The position numbers and the translations under genes were made by a program. From Chloroflexia bacterium (GTDB taxonomy: Bacteria > Chloroflexota > Chloroflexia > QHBQ01 > JAICKM01): a DNA stretch of 64,000 nt. Under the pieces are notes generated by a model that searched no databases, had not been told where the DNA came from, and was given only the letters and a program-made list of their open reading frames with translations. The first letter of the stretch is position 1. The number at the start of each line of letters is the position of its first letter. Below are positions 38,540 through 48,299 of the stretch, piece after piece. Where the stretch lies: positions 6,699 to 70,698 of the forward strand of contig JBPCPV010000009.1 in NCBI GenBank assembly GCA_050998805.1, in the 5' to 3' direction.

Positions 38540-38637
38540 AAAAAAGGGACGCGACGGGCGGTAATCGTGGTGCAACGTATGCTGTGACGATTCGGGATAG
38601 TCGCGTCCCTTCAAGGCCGGGGAGTAAACCCCGACAG
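38540..38637 (-). ncRNA. Putative sigma54-dependent small RNA (~100 nt, two stem-loops, U-tract terminator)
   Basis: Exact sigma54 promoter upstream, no convincing ORF; hairpin GTCGGGG-TTTACT-CCCCGGC, then long stem GGGACGCGAC..GTCGCGTCCC followed by T6. Confidence 0.6.
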
Positions 38638-38647
38638 ATTTGCTTAA

Positions 38648-38664
38648 AGCAAGCCGCGTGCCAA
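38648..38664 (-). promoter_or_regulatory. sigma54 (-24/-12) promoter
   Basis: TTGGCACGCGGCTTGCT is a perfect match to YTGGCACG-N4-TTGCW. Confidence 0.75.
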
Positions 38665-38669
38665 CCCCG

Positions 38670-40403
38670 TCAGAGGTAGCGCAGCACTAGCTTGATGCCG
38701 GGGATACGCATCCCGGCGAAGCGTTCCTTGTCTTCGGGGAGAAGCCCGCCGAGCCGTCGGAACGCCAGCCAGAAAAGCAACATGCCCAGCCCGATCAGCC
38801 CGACATCGGCTCCCACCAGCAGGAACCAGGGACCGCTGAAACGGTTGCGTGCCGGGTCAATCGGCAGCAGGGCCGCCGCCGGCCCGACGAGCAGGGCCAT
38901 CGGCAGCGTGGCGAGGGCGACCTTGCCGAGGAAGCCGGTCGGGAAGCTGAGGCCGAGCCTCCCCAGCCCGAACGCCAGCGCCACGAGCCGTGAGCCCAGC
39001 GTCGCCGTCGCCACCGCGAGCGCGACCCCGACCACCCCGAAACGCGGCTCGAGCAACAGCATCAGTGGGATGCTCACCAAAGTCACGCTCCGGGCCAGCA
39101 GCACGATGCGGTGCTTCTCGTAGACAAGAAGCACCTGCAAGGCGACGCCGATCAGACTCTCGCCGAACAGCCCGACCGCCAGGATCGCGCAGGCCGTCAC
39201 AGCCTCCGGCAGCCGCGCCTCGGTCAGCACGGCGTCGCGCCCGAATTGCAGATAGAGCAGCACCAGCACGTTATGCACAAGCAGGATCGTGCCCACTCCG
39301 GCCGGCACCAGTACTAGGATCAGGAACCGCGTCACGCTCGCGTAGGCCGTCCGCAGCCCATCGATCCGGTTCTGCGCGTAGAGCCGGGCGAACAGCGACG
39401 CCTGCACTCCCGTGAGCGGCACCACGAGCGCCTGCAAGACCTGCCGCACAAGCTGGAAGGCGAGCGTGATCAGCGCCACCTCCTGCCGCTCGCGGGAGCT
39501 GTCGGCCACCAGCACGCTCAACAGCGGCACCACGAACGGCTGGTCCACCAGTGCGGTTGAGAGGTTGATCATATACATGATCGCCGAATACGCCGTGAAC
39601 CGCCGCCAGACCGTGCGCTCCGACGGGCGGAGGGCCGGATCGGCACCCGGCCTCGGCGTCGCCCGCAGCCCCATGCGCTCCTCCGCAAGCGCGTGGAACA
39701 TCAGGCACACCGAAATCGCCACCGAGATGACCGTGCCGATCAGCAGTGCGAGCAGCGCGCCGAAGACGCTGAACAGCCCCACCAGCAGCGCGCGCAGGCC
39801 CGGGATCAGCAGCGCGTTCAGCACGTCGAGGGCGTTGGTCATCTTCTGCCGGAAGTAGGCGTAGAGTACCTGCACCGACACATCCGACGCCGCGCCGAGC
39901 ACCAGCATCAGCGCGACGATGCCGAGCAGCACCGGCACCGGGTTCGCGCCGAGCAACCCGCCCGACAGCTGTCTTTGGTCAGCCGCGCTTAGGTTGAGCA
40001 GGCCGCTGAAAAAGCCGGGGAAGGCGAGCAGCGCCAGCACGAAGGGGAGTATCGTCAGCGCCTTGATCACCACGACGCGGCGCAGCAGCAGGTTGAGTCC
40101 GGCCCGCCCGCCCTCCATCTCGAACTCCGGGATGAAGCGGGGCAGCGCCCGCTCCACGCCGAGGTCGGAGAAGATGCCAAGCAGCGCGAGCAGCGCGCTC
40201 AACTGCGCCAGCACGGTATAGGTATCTATCTTGAGCACGCGGACCACGACGACCGACGCGACCAGCCGCGCCGCCAGCTTGAGCGGCAGGAAGACCGCGT
40301 TCCAGAACGCGCCGAGCGATGCCCGTTCGCCGAGCGCGCCGCCGTGCTTCGAGTCGGGCGCAGGCGGTTCGGGGGGCGGCAGGACGGCCGGTTCGTTGTC
40401 CAC
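38670..40403 (-). CDS. Oligosaccharide flippase-like MOP exporter family protein
   Basis: About 14 TM; SDLGVERALPRFI motif; last gene of the glycan operon. Confidence 0.8.
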   Translation of the reverse strand: MDNEPAVLPPPEPPAPDSKHGGALGERASLGAFWNAVFLPLKLAARLVASVVVVRVLKIDTYTVLAQLSALLALLGIFSDLGVERALPRFIPEFEMEGGRAGLNLLLRRVVVIKALTILPFVLALLAFPGFFSGLLNLSAADQRQLSGGLLGANPVPVLLGIVALMLVLGAASDVSVQVLYAYFRQKMTNALDVLNALLIPGLRALLVGLFSVFGALLALLIGTVISVAISVCLMFHALAEERMGLRATPRPGADPALRPSERTVWRRFTAYSAIMYMINLSTALVDQPFVVPLLSVLVADSSRERQEVALITLAFQLVRQVLQALVVPLTGVQASLFARLYAQNRIDGLRTAYASVTRFLILVLVPAGVGTILLVHNVLVLLYLQFGRDAVLTEARLPEAVTACAILAVGLFGESLIGVALQVLLVYEKHRIVLLARSVTLVSIPLMLLLEPRFGVVGVALAVATATLGSRLVALAFGLGRLGLSFPTGFLGKVALATLPMALLVGPAAALLPIDPARNRFSGPWFLLVGADVGLIGLGMLLFWLAFRRLGGLLPEDKERFAGMRIPGIKLVLRYL

Positions 40404-43393
40404 TAGCGGGCGGGGTCCAGCCGCATTTCGTCAAGTGCGACGCCGAGTACACGCTCGTCCCCGCTCACCTCTGCGGCGGACGGCACCCAGGTGCTCGACG
40501 TGATATGCAGCAGCAGGTAGTGCGGATCCGCCGGGTCGGTCGGCGCGTTCGCCGGCACGCCCATCGTCACGTCCTGGAAGCCCGCACCCGGCTGGAGCGT
40601 CACCTGCGTCAGGGTGAGCACGCTGTTCGCCGAGATCGCCACCTGCGCCGGAGAGGGCAGCATCTTTGCTCCGCTCGGCGCGAGTACGAGGCGGGCCGTT
40701 TGCTCAGGAGTCGGGTGCGCCGGAGCGGGCACGCGGCGCTCCTTCGTCCCCGCGCTCAGGCTCATCGTCAGTGTCGCGCCGCCGGCCTTCGCCGAGTCCG
40801 GCCAGGGCAGCCGCAGGTATGCATCGTGGAAGGTCCACCTCCACTGCGCGGTGTCGGGGTCGGCGGGTGCGGTCTTCTCCTTGCCGCCGAAGCCCGCGAC
40901 GAGGTTCTGGTAGTCCAGTCCGCCGATGTCGAGGCGGTACGGCAAGCTCGGCAGGGTCGTCTGGGTGCGCGAGACTATGTCGTAGAGGCCGAACGGCAGG
41001 CTCGCCGAGATGATGTTCTTCGGCTTCTGGAAGCGCAGTTGCTCTAGCTCCGGCACCTGGTACGTCCACTCCGGCGTGCCGGTCTGGGTGTAGGGCACGA
41101 GCGCGAGGTCCGGCATGAAGAGCTTGCCGCCGTTCGCGCCGAGCAGCGCGTAGACGTGGTAGCCCTGCTTCTGCCAGCGTTCGACCGCGCCCTGCACCAC
41201 GCTGCCCTTCGTGTCGCCGTATGGCCGGTTCAGCGAAAAGCAGTTGAAGCCGTAGATATATTGGAGCGGCGTCGCCACGACATACGGCTCGTCGCGCTCG
41301 TTGCTGAACAGCAGCACCGTCTTTGCGGGGTTGCCGGGGAAGCGATGAGCCAGCGCGGTGAGTTCGTCCACCGCGCCCGCCTCCTCGGTGTGGCCGATGA
41401 TCACCCAGCCGGTCACCAGGAAGAAGACGACCAGCGCCGCCGCCGCAGCCCAGGCCAGGGGACGGACTAGGCGGCGAGGGTGCCACTTTTCTCCCGCCCA
41501 GGCGAGCGCGTAGGCGCCCAGCACAAGCAGCCCCGGTATCGCCACCGGCAGGAAGCGCCGCAGGCTGTAGGGATAGGTCGGCACGGTGTAAGTCTCGCCG
41601 CTGAAGAGCAGGCCGACGACGCCAAAGACCGCGAAGAAGTAGGCCGTGCCCGGGTTGAGCCGCTTCCAGAGCGCGCGCAGCAGCCCGACGAAGCCGAGGA
41701 GCATCCCGAGCGGCGAGAGATACCAGCCGAGCCGCACCAGGATAGCGCTGTTCGTGTTGATCAGCCCCGGCTGGTTGCTTTTGCCCGTCTGCGCGATAGA
41801 TTCGAGCGGCGCGCCGATGTACGGCTCGAGATAGCGTGCGAAGGCGACCGGCCCCTGCTTCAAGGCGTCGAACGCCTCCGACGAAAACAGGATGTGCGGC
41901 TGCCAGATGTAGCGGTATGCCAGGAAGGCCCCGACCGCCAGGCAGAGCGCGCCGAGCAGAGGCTTCCGCCGACGCGACGCCGCCTCCCCGGCTGCGGTCG
42001 CCAACGGTCGCCAACGGTCCCGCGTTCTGTCGAGCAGCAGCAGCACACCGACCGCGAGATATGCCAGAGGCAGCAAGAACGGCCAGTTGCGCCTCTGGTC
42101 GAGCAGCACGTTGTGGTACTGGTCCATCGTGTAGGCAAAGCTGAAAAACACGAAGTGCAGCGTCCACTGCGCGAGCAGCAGGCCGACCGTGACCGCGAAC
42201 CAGGTATGCTCGCGCCGCCATGTGCGCCCCAGCCACCACCAGAGCATGAAGAAGGGCAGCGGCAGCAGGTAGAGCGGGAAGTCCACACGCACCAGGCTGA
42301 TCTCGCCGAGCGCGGCCCCCGCCAATACCGCGAAGAGCCGCGCGTTCCTGACGGACGCGCCCGATTCCAACGCCGCGCTCCCCGCCGGGCCGCCCTCGCG
42401 CCGGGCCGCGGCCTCTAGGCTGTTCAGCCGCCGCGTCTCCTCGGTGAAGCGCAGGAAGGCGTAGAAGAACAGGAAGGCGAGCATCTCGGTCGGCAACTCG
42501 GACACCGGATAGCGGGCGAACCAGATCTGTAGCGGGCACACGACCAGGAAGGCGAGCGCGACCAGGCCGACGCGGGCCGAAAACATCTGCCGCGCGAAGA
42601 AGAAGACCGCCGCGCACGTCAGCAGCGCGAGCAGAGGCGTGATCCAGAGCGCGCCCCAAATCCCGAATAGCCCGTAGCCGACCGCGATCAGCGCCGGGTA
42701 GAAGCTGTAGTGCTGCGGCAGGACTAGACCCGACTTCTTGTCGAGCACATAGAACGCCGGCATACGCAGCCGGTCGAGGCTGTAGCGCTCGAGGTTAAGC
42801 GGCTCCAGGAACTCCTTCGCCTCCTCCAGCGTCACATAGGCCGGCGGGGGGCCGAGATCCCGCAGGTCGCGCATCAGCGGATCGCGTTGCACAATCGCCC
42901 CGCTTCGCGCGATGGCGATCCCGTGGTTGATGTACGCGCCGGCGTCGAGCGCGCCGCGCAGCATCTCGGCGGGCCGCCCGAAGAGCGCAGCCCCGACCAG
43001 CAGCAGCCCGACCAGCACCGCCGTTTCGAGCCGCAGGTTGCGCGCGTCCTGCCGGATGCGGACGCTCCGCCCGCTCGCGATCCGCACGCCGTCAGCCAGG
43101 CTCCGCCCGAGGTCGTCGAGCCAGAGCCGCGCGGTCGCCGGCACGCCCCGCCAGTCGCCGGCGACCACCCGCAAAACCACCGCGCAGCCCGCCAGAACGA
43201 GCAGCACGATCAGCCAGACGGAAAACCAGCCGATCTCGGCCAGCGTGAAGCCGAGCCAGCCGGTCAGCAGCACGCTGATCGCCACGGCGAGGAAGTTCCA
43301 TGCAGGGCCGTCGGTGCGGCGCGGCCCCTCGGTGCCGAAGACCGCCCGCAGCGCGACAGCCCCCGGCAGCCAGAACAGAACCGGCATCGCCAA
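40403..43393 (-). CDS. Large GT-C fold membrane glycosyltransferase with C-terminal extracellular domain
   Basis: DAGAYIN loop, QIWFARYPVSE, RRFLPV, WRWT and DERVLGV motifs; the true start may be ATC 43426. Confidence 0.8.
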   Translation of the reverse strand: MAMPVLFWLPGAVALRAVFGTEGPRRTDGPAWNFLAVAISVLLTGWLGFTLAEIGWFSVWLIVLLVLAGCAVVLRVVAGDWRGVPATARLWLDDLGRSLADGVRIASGRSVRIRQDARNLRLETAVLVGLLLVGAALFGRPAEMLRGALDAGAYINHGIAIARSGAIVQRDPLMRDLRDLGPPPAYVTLEEAKEFLEPLNLERYSLDRLRMPAFYVLDKKSGLVLPQHYSFYPALIAVGYGLFGIWGALWITPLLALLTCAAVFFFARQMFSARVGLVALAFLVVCPLQIWFARYPVSELPTEMLAFLFFYAFLRFTEETRRLNSLEAAARREGGPAGSAALESGASVRNARLFAVLAGAALGEISLVRVDFPLYLLPLPFFMLWWWLGRTWRREHTWFAVTVGLLLAQWTLHFVFFSFAYTMDQYHNVLLDQRRNWPFLLPLAYLAVGVLLLLDRTRDRWRPLATAAGEAASRRRKPLLGALCLAVGAFLAYRYIWQPHILFSSEAFDALKQGPVAFARYLEPYIGAPLESIAQTGKSNQPGLINTNSAILVRLGWYLSPLGMLLGFVGLLRALWKRLNPGTAYFFAVFGVVGLLFSGETYTVPTYPYSLRRFLPVAIPGLLVLGAYALAWAGEKWHPRRLVRPLAWAAAAALVVFFLVTGWVIIGHTEEAGAVDELTALAHRFPGNPAKTVLLFSNERDEPYVVATPLQYIYGFNCFSLNRPYGDTKGSVVQGAVERWQKQGYHVYALLGANGGKLFMPDLALVPYTQTGTPEWTYQVPELEQLRFQKPKNIISASLPFGLYDIVSRTQTTLPSLPYRLDIGGLDYQNLVAGFGGKEKTAPADPDTAQWRWTFHDAYLRLPWPDSAKAGGATLTMSLSAGTKERRVPAPAHPTPEQTARLVLAPSGAKMLPSPAQVAISANSVLTLTQVTLQPGAGFQDVTMGVPANAPTDPADPHYLLLHITSSTWVPSAAEVSGDERVLGVALDEMRLDPAR

Positions 43394-43410
43394 CAGGCCG
43401 AGCAGCCACT

Positions 43411-44652
43411 TTATGATCTCGATGATAGCGTCAGCTCCTCAAACAGGCGCAGTGTCCGCGCCGCTATCTTCTCCCAGGTGAACCGCTCCTCGACGAGCGC
43501 GGCCCCCGCCCTGCCCATCTCAGCCGCAGCCGTGCGGTCGGCCATCAGGCGGGCGATCCCCTCGCCGAGGGCGGGCGCATCGCCGGGCGGCACGAGCAGG
43601 CCCGTCCGCCCCGGCAGCACCTTGTCGGGCAGGCCGCCCGCCCGCGTGCCCACCACCGGCAAGCCGTGGGCCATCGCCTCGAGCGTGACCAGCGAACTCC
43701 CCTCATAGAGCGTCGAAATTGCGAAGGCATCGGCCATCGCGTAGAGGTTGTGCAGGTCGGCGTCGTCCACTGCGCCGGTGAAGACGACCCGCCCGCCGAT
43801 CCCCAGTTCTCCGGCCAGTCCCCGCAGCGCCGCCTCATCGCGTCCGGTGCCGACGACGACCCAGCGCCAGTCGCCGGCGCGGTCGAGCGTTGCTAGCGCG
43901 CGCAGCAGGTAGGGCAGCCCCTTGTTCGCCTCGAGCCGCGCCACGCTGATGCCGAGGAAGCCGCCCTCGCTCAGCGCGTAGCGCGCCCGCAGCTCCGCCT
44001 GCCGCTCCGCCGAGACCAGCGCCGCCCCCGCAGCCGGGTCCACCCCGTTCGGCAGCACGACGACACGCTCCGGCGGCACACGCAGGTAGCGCGACACCTC
44101 GCCGCGCAGCGACTCGTCGGTCGCGATCACCCTGTCCGCCGCCCGCGCGCCCCGCGCATACATTGCCCGGAACGGCGCATAGGCCAGGCGCTTCAAGGGG
44201 TCGCGCACCTTGAAGTCCTCCAGCCCCTGCGGGTTCATCACGAGCGGCGCGACCCCGCGCGGCGTCCGTCTCCGGCCCCGGCTCCGCACGCCCCAGGCGC
44301 AAAGCCCCTGCGCGTAGACCACATCCACCCCGCCTGTCCGTGCCCGCCTCTCCACTTCCCGCCCCATCCTCTCCACGAACAGCGGATAGTTCGTCACCCG
44401 CGCCGCTATCCCGTTCGGCCGCAGCGGCAGCACGGAATAAGGCACGCCGACGTATTGCGTATCGCGTGTTGCGTGTTGCGTATCGTCGTATCCCGCACTC
44501 CGCACTCCGCACTCCGCACTCCGCACTCGGCTGAAGAGCGTCACGTCGGCACCCTGGCGACGAAGCTCGGTGGTGAGTGCGGAGGCGGCTCGCTCAAGCC
44601 CGCCGTAGCCGTGCTCCGGGAAGACCGCGCGCACAAGGTGGGCTACTTGCAC
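43411..44652 (-). CDS. Glycosyltransferase family 4
   Basis: GGLERAA, PNGVD, ARLEANKG, EGSSLVTLEAMAHGLPVV; start GTG 44652. Confidence 0.9.
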   Translation of the reverse strand: MQVAHLVRAVFPEHGYGGLERAASALTTELRRQGADVTLFSRVRSAECGVRSAGYDDTQHATRDTQYVGVPYSVLPLRPNGIAARVTNYPLFVERMGREVERRARTGGVDVVYAQGLCAWGVRSRGRRRTPRGVAPLVMNPQGLEDFKVRDPLKRLAYAPFRAMYARGARAADRVIATDESLRGEVSRYLRVPPERVVVLPNGVDPAAGAALVSAERQAELRARYALSEGGFLGISVARLEANKGLPYLLRALATLDRAGDWRWVVVGTGRDEAALRGLAGELGIGGRVVFTGAVDDADLHNLYAMADAFAISTLYEGSSLVTLEAMAHGLPVVGTRAGGLPDKVLPGRTGLLVPPGDAPALGEGIARLMADRTAAAEMGRAGAALVEERFTWEKIAARTLRLFEELTLSSRS

Positions 44653-44779
44653 GGCAGGCCGCCGTAATGCGGAGTGCGGAGTGACGGGCAAGCCCGCGTA
44701 CCGCCGTCTCGGCAGCCCCGGCCCCTGACCACTGACCACTGACCACTGACCACCGACCATTGACCATTGACGCTCGATC

Positions 44780-46021
44780 TCATAACAGCTTCCTGTAGAG
44801 CTTCTCGACTTGCACCACGACCAGATCCGAGCGGAACTGAGCCTCGGCGGTCGCGCGTGCGCCGGTGGAGAGGCGGGCGCGTTCGGAAGGGGACGCGAGC
44901 AGCTCTCGCAGGGCGGCGGCGAAGGTGTGCATGTCGTCCACCAGGCGACCGTTGCGGCCATCCACAATAATATCCGCCGTGCCGCCAGTGTCAAGGGCCA
45001 GGATCGTCGCTCCGGCCGTGCAGCCTTCGAGCAGCACGCGGCTCAACGGCTCCTCCCAGGCCGAGGGGAAGAGCAGCAGCGTCGAGGCACGCATCAGCCG
45101 CAGCACATCGGCGTTGTCGAGCCAGTCGGCGAAGCGGAAGTCGAGGCCGGCCTCACAAGCCTGACGCTCGAGCAGGGGGCGCAGCGGCCCACTGCCGGCG
45201 ATGACCATCGGCATCTCCCGGCCCACGCCCGCCGCCCGCAGCGCCTCCGGCAGGAGCTGTGCCCCCTTGCTCGGCTCCAGCTTTCCGACGAAGAGCAAGA
45301 ACGGCCGCCCCGGATCGAGGCCGAGCGCGCCAAGCGGCGGCGGCGCGGCCAGGATCTCGTCCACGCGGGCCAGGTCCACCAGGTTCGGCAGCACGCTCAG
45401 CCGTCCCGGCCTCACCGCCCCCGCCTCCGCCAGCTTCCCCGCGACGAACCGGCTGACCGCGATAGTCGCGTCCGCCCTCCGCAGAGCGCCGCGTCGCCTA
45501 GCCACAATGATCCGCCTCACTGGCAGTAGCAACATCCCAACCAGCCACTGAAAGCTGACGGCTGAAAGCTGACGGCTGAAAGCTGACGGCTGCATCGTAC
45601 CGTAGAAGCTGATCGGCCAGTAGTCGCGCACCGTGGCGACGACCGGCACTCGGCGGCCCATATGTGCGGACGCCCAGACTGAGGCTGGCACTGTGAGCGC
45701 GTGCTGTGCGTGGATCAGGTCGGCGCTCATGCGGCGGGCCTCCGAGCGGACTAGGCGGCGGAGCAGGCGCGGCGCGACCCAGTTGCGCGCGAGTAGCGTT
45801 CTCAGCCGCCCATGCCCTGTCGGGACCACTGCCTCGGCCACCGGTAGCCCATCGTACTCGGTGCGGCGCACTCCGGCACGCTTCGCGTCTTCGGCGAAGC
45901 GCGGGCGCACGACCGACGCCGTGTGCCCCCGATCCCGCAGGGCGCGGGCCAGGTAGTAGGCGCTCCACCCGGCACCGCCGCAGCCCGGTGGGAAGACATC
46001 TGTGGCGATCAAGATCTTCAC
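44780..46021 (-). CDS. Glycosyltransferase family 4
   Basis: GGAGWS, DLIHAQH, GKLEPSKG, EEPLSRVLLEG; GTGA overlap with the upstream gene. Confidence 0.9.
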   Translation of the reverse strand: MKILIATDVFPPGCGGAGWSAYYLARALRDRGHTASVVRPRFAEDAKRAGVRRTEYDGLPVAEAVVPTGHGRLRTLLARNWVAPRLLRRLVRSEARRMSADLIHAQHALTVPASVWASAHMGRRVPVVATVRDYWPISFYGTMQPSAFSRQLSAVSFQWLVGMLLLPVRRIIVARRRGALRRADATIAVSRFVAGKLAEAGAVRPGRLSVLPNLVDLARVDEILAAPPPLGALGLDPGRPFLLFVGKLEPSKGAQLLPEALRAAGVGREMPMVIAGSGPLRPLLERQACEAGLDFRFADWLDNADVLRLMRASTLLLFPSAWEEPLSRVLLEGCTAGATILALDTGGTADIIVDGRNGRLVDDMHTFAAALRELLASPSERARLSTGARATAEAQFRSDLVVVQVEKLYRKLL

Positions 46022-47184
46022 CTGATCGCCTCCAGTGCCCGCTCCAACTGCTCGCAGTGGGCGTCCCAACTATAGTGGGCGACCACACGCGCCCGTGCCC
46101 GCGCCCCCATCGCCCGCCGCGCCGATGCGTCGGTCACCAGGCCGGAGACCGCGGCGGCGAGCGCGGCCTCGTCTTCTGCGGGATAGAGCGCCCCCTCCTG
46201 CCCGTCGCGGACGATCTCATCGAGCGGGGGGATCGCCGGGGCCACGACCGGCAGGCCCATTGCCATGTACTCGAAGACCTTTAGCGGCGACCAGTAGAAG
46301 CCGAAGGTCCGCAGGGGCGCGTAGGCCGAGGGCACGAAGGGGGCGACGCCGATGTCGGAGAGCGCCAGCAGCAGCGGCACCTGCTCGTGCGGGTGCGGTC
46401 CGGTGAAGATCATCCGCCGCTCGCCCGCCGCAAGCGCCCGCGCCGCCGCAAGTTCCGGCCCACCGCCAACCGCGATGCAGTAGAGGCGAGGGTGCTGCGC
46501 CAAGAGCGACAGCCCCGCCCGCACGAAGCCGGTCGCCCCGTGCCAGGCGCGGAAGCTGCCGACGAACGTCGCCGTCACCGCGTCGTCCGGCAGTCCCAAC
46601 TCCCGCCGTAGCGCGGCTATCTCCCCCGCCCGCTCCTGCCGCAGTTCTGGGCGGAAGCGGTCCACGTTCGCACCCCAGTTGACCTCCTCGATGCTCGAGC
46701 GGGGCACCGGCGGCGGAACCGTCGCGGCCAGCGGCGTCACGATCCAGCGCGACCAGATCCCCTGGCGCACCGCCCATCGGCGCATCGGCCTGCCCAGCAG
46801 CCGGTCCAGCCTCTCTTTGCGCGAGCCTGGCGGGTCCACCATCGGCGCGTTCACCTCGAGCAGAGCAGGCAGTCCGTGGCGGTGCGCGTAAAGCAGGCCC
46901 GAGCCCGCGAAGTTGTAGTACCGCTCCATGACCACGTCGGGCCGGAAGCCCCTCGCTGCCCCGGCCAGCGCCGGGTAGCCGAGCAGGGCCAGCTTGTCGG
47001 GCAGGGGCAGCAGCGTGGCCCCGATGCCCGGCGTGAACTCCGGAGTTTGCCCCTTGCCTCGGCGGGCGACGATGTGCAGCCGATGCCCGCGCCGCGCCAG
47101 CCCCTCGGCCACCTCGCGGACATGCGTCGCGCCTCCCGATCTGCCCGGCAGGGCTATTGCACCGGCGGCGTAGAGGATGTTCAC
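46018..47184 (-). CDS. Glycosyltransferase family 4
   Basis: GGATHVRE, LEVNAP, GSFRAWHG, SPLKVFEYMAMGLPVV. Confidence 0.92.
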   Translation of the reverse strand: MNILYAAGAIALPGRSGGATHVREVAEGLARRGHRLHIVARRGKGQTPEFTPGIGATLLPLPDKLALLGYPALAGAARGFRPDVVMERYYNFAGSGLLYAHRHGLPALLEVNAPMVDPPGSRKERLDRLLGRPMRRWAVRQGIWSRWIVTPLAATVPPPVPRSSIEEVNWGANVDRFRPELRQERAGEIAALRRELGLPDDAVTATFVGSFRAWHGATGFVRAGLSLLAQHPRLYCIAVGGGPELAAARALAAGERRMIFTGPHPHEQVPLLLALSDIGVAPFVPSAYAPLRTFGFYWSPLKVFEYMAMGLPVVAPAIPPLDEIVRDGQEGALYPAEDEAALAAAVSGLVTDASARRAMGARARARVVAHYSWDAHCEQLERALEAIR

Positions 47185-48299
47185 TCCTCGCGCCTCGGCT
47201 TCCGCAGCAGCACGAAGTACGGCCCGGTGCGGAAGCGCCCGAAGAGCGGGATGTCGAGCCACATCACCTCGGTGAGCGCCCGCAGCAGCAGCAGCATCGG
47301 CCCGCGCCGCCCAATCCGCGCTCGCACGCTGCTCCGCGCCTCCAGCGCGCCCCGGCCCAGCCCGTCCTGGAAGCCGTCCGCGTCCCCGGCGGGCGGCATG
47401 GCGGCGACCTTGCCGAGTCCGCGCAGGCCGACCAGCGCCCGCTCCGCCAGCCGCATCAGCACATTGTCCAAGAAGCTCTGGAAGACGCCGTTCCAGTAGA
47501 CCACACGCCGGATCTCGAAGCCCGCCGCCTCGACCACCGCCTCCACATCCTCCCAGGTTTCGAGCACCTTGAGGTGATCCGACTTGCGGAGCAGGTCGCG
47601 TCGTGGGTCGGTCAGCCCCCGCCGCGCCAGCCAGTTCGCCAGCCTCCGCGACCCGCCGATCAGTAGATCGAACGGCCCGCGCTCCCGCGTGTTCGAGAAG
47701 ATGAACATCCGCCCGCCGGGTGCCAGCACCCGATACGCCTCGCTCAGGTAGCGGGAGATGTCGGCATTGTCGAGATGCTCCATCACGTCAATTGACCAGA
47801 GCTTGCTGAAACTCCGGTCGGGGAAGGGCAGCAGCCGGGCATCGCCCCGCACGAGATCGAGGTCGCGCACCGCGTCGTCGGCGAAGAGCGGGGCGGGGTC
47901 AATGCCGATGCTCTGCCCCACCAGGTCACGGTTCCAGAGCAGGAACTTGCCGTTGCCGCAGCCGAGTTCGAGCACTCGGTCGCGCGGGTTGAGGCGGAGC
48001 ATCCGCCTGAGCAGCCGGTTCCGCACCTCGGCCCCCATCAGGGGTGGCGCGATCTCCCGGTAGTCAAGCCGCTCGGCGAACTCTGCCATGTCGGCCACGT
48101 AGCGCGAGGTGTGCCCCAAGTCGCCGTCGGCGCGGAGCATCAGGTCCGCGTATGCCCCGCCCCCGGCGATTGGGTAGCGGCGGTCGCAACGTGGGCATCG
48201 GAGAGCGGCGCCTTCGTCGGCGAGGAGTGGTGCGGCCCCGCAGGTCTCTGCGGTGCATGTCGGGCAGCGAAGCAGCGCCCTGAGTTGCTGCGAGATCAT
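47181..48299 (-). CDS. Class I SAM-dependent methyltransferase with N-terminal Trm112-like zinc ribbon
   Basis: CPTC..CPRC, VLELGCGNG, GDARLLPF, VMEHL, RVLAPGG; ATGA overlap. The 637-aa ORF call is over-extended. Confidence 0.88.
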   Translation of the reverse strand: MISQQLRALLRCPTCTAETCGAAPLLADEGAALRCPRCDRRYPIAGGGAYADLMLRADGDLGHTSRYVADMAEFAERLDYREIAPPLMGAEVRNRLLRRMLRLNPRDRVLELGCGNGKFLLWNRDLVGQSIGIDPAPLFADDAVRDLDLVRGDARLLPFPDRSFSKLWSIDVMEHLDNADISRYLSEAYRVLAPGGRMFIFSNTRERGPFDLLIGGSRRLANWLARRGLTDPRRDLLRKSDHLKVLETWEDVEAVVEAAGFEIRRVVYWNGVFQSFLDNVLMRLAERALVGLRGLGKVAAMPPAGDADGFQDGLGRGALEARSSVRARIGRRGPMLLLLRALTEVMWLDIPLFGRFRTGPYFVLLRKPRREE

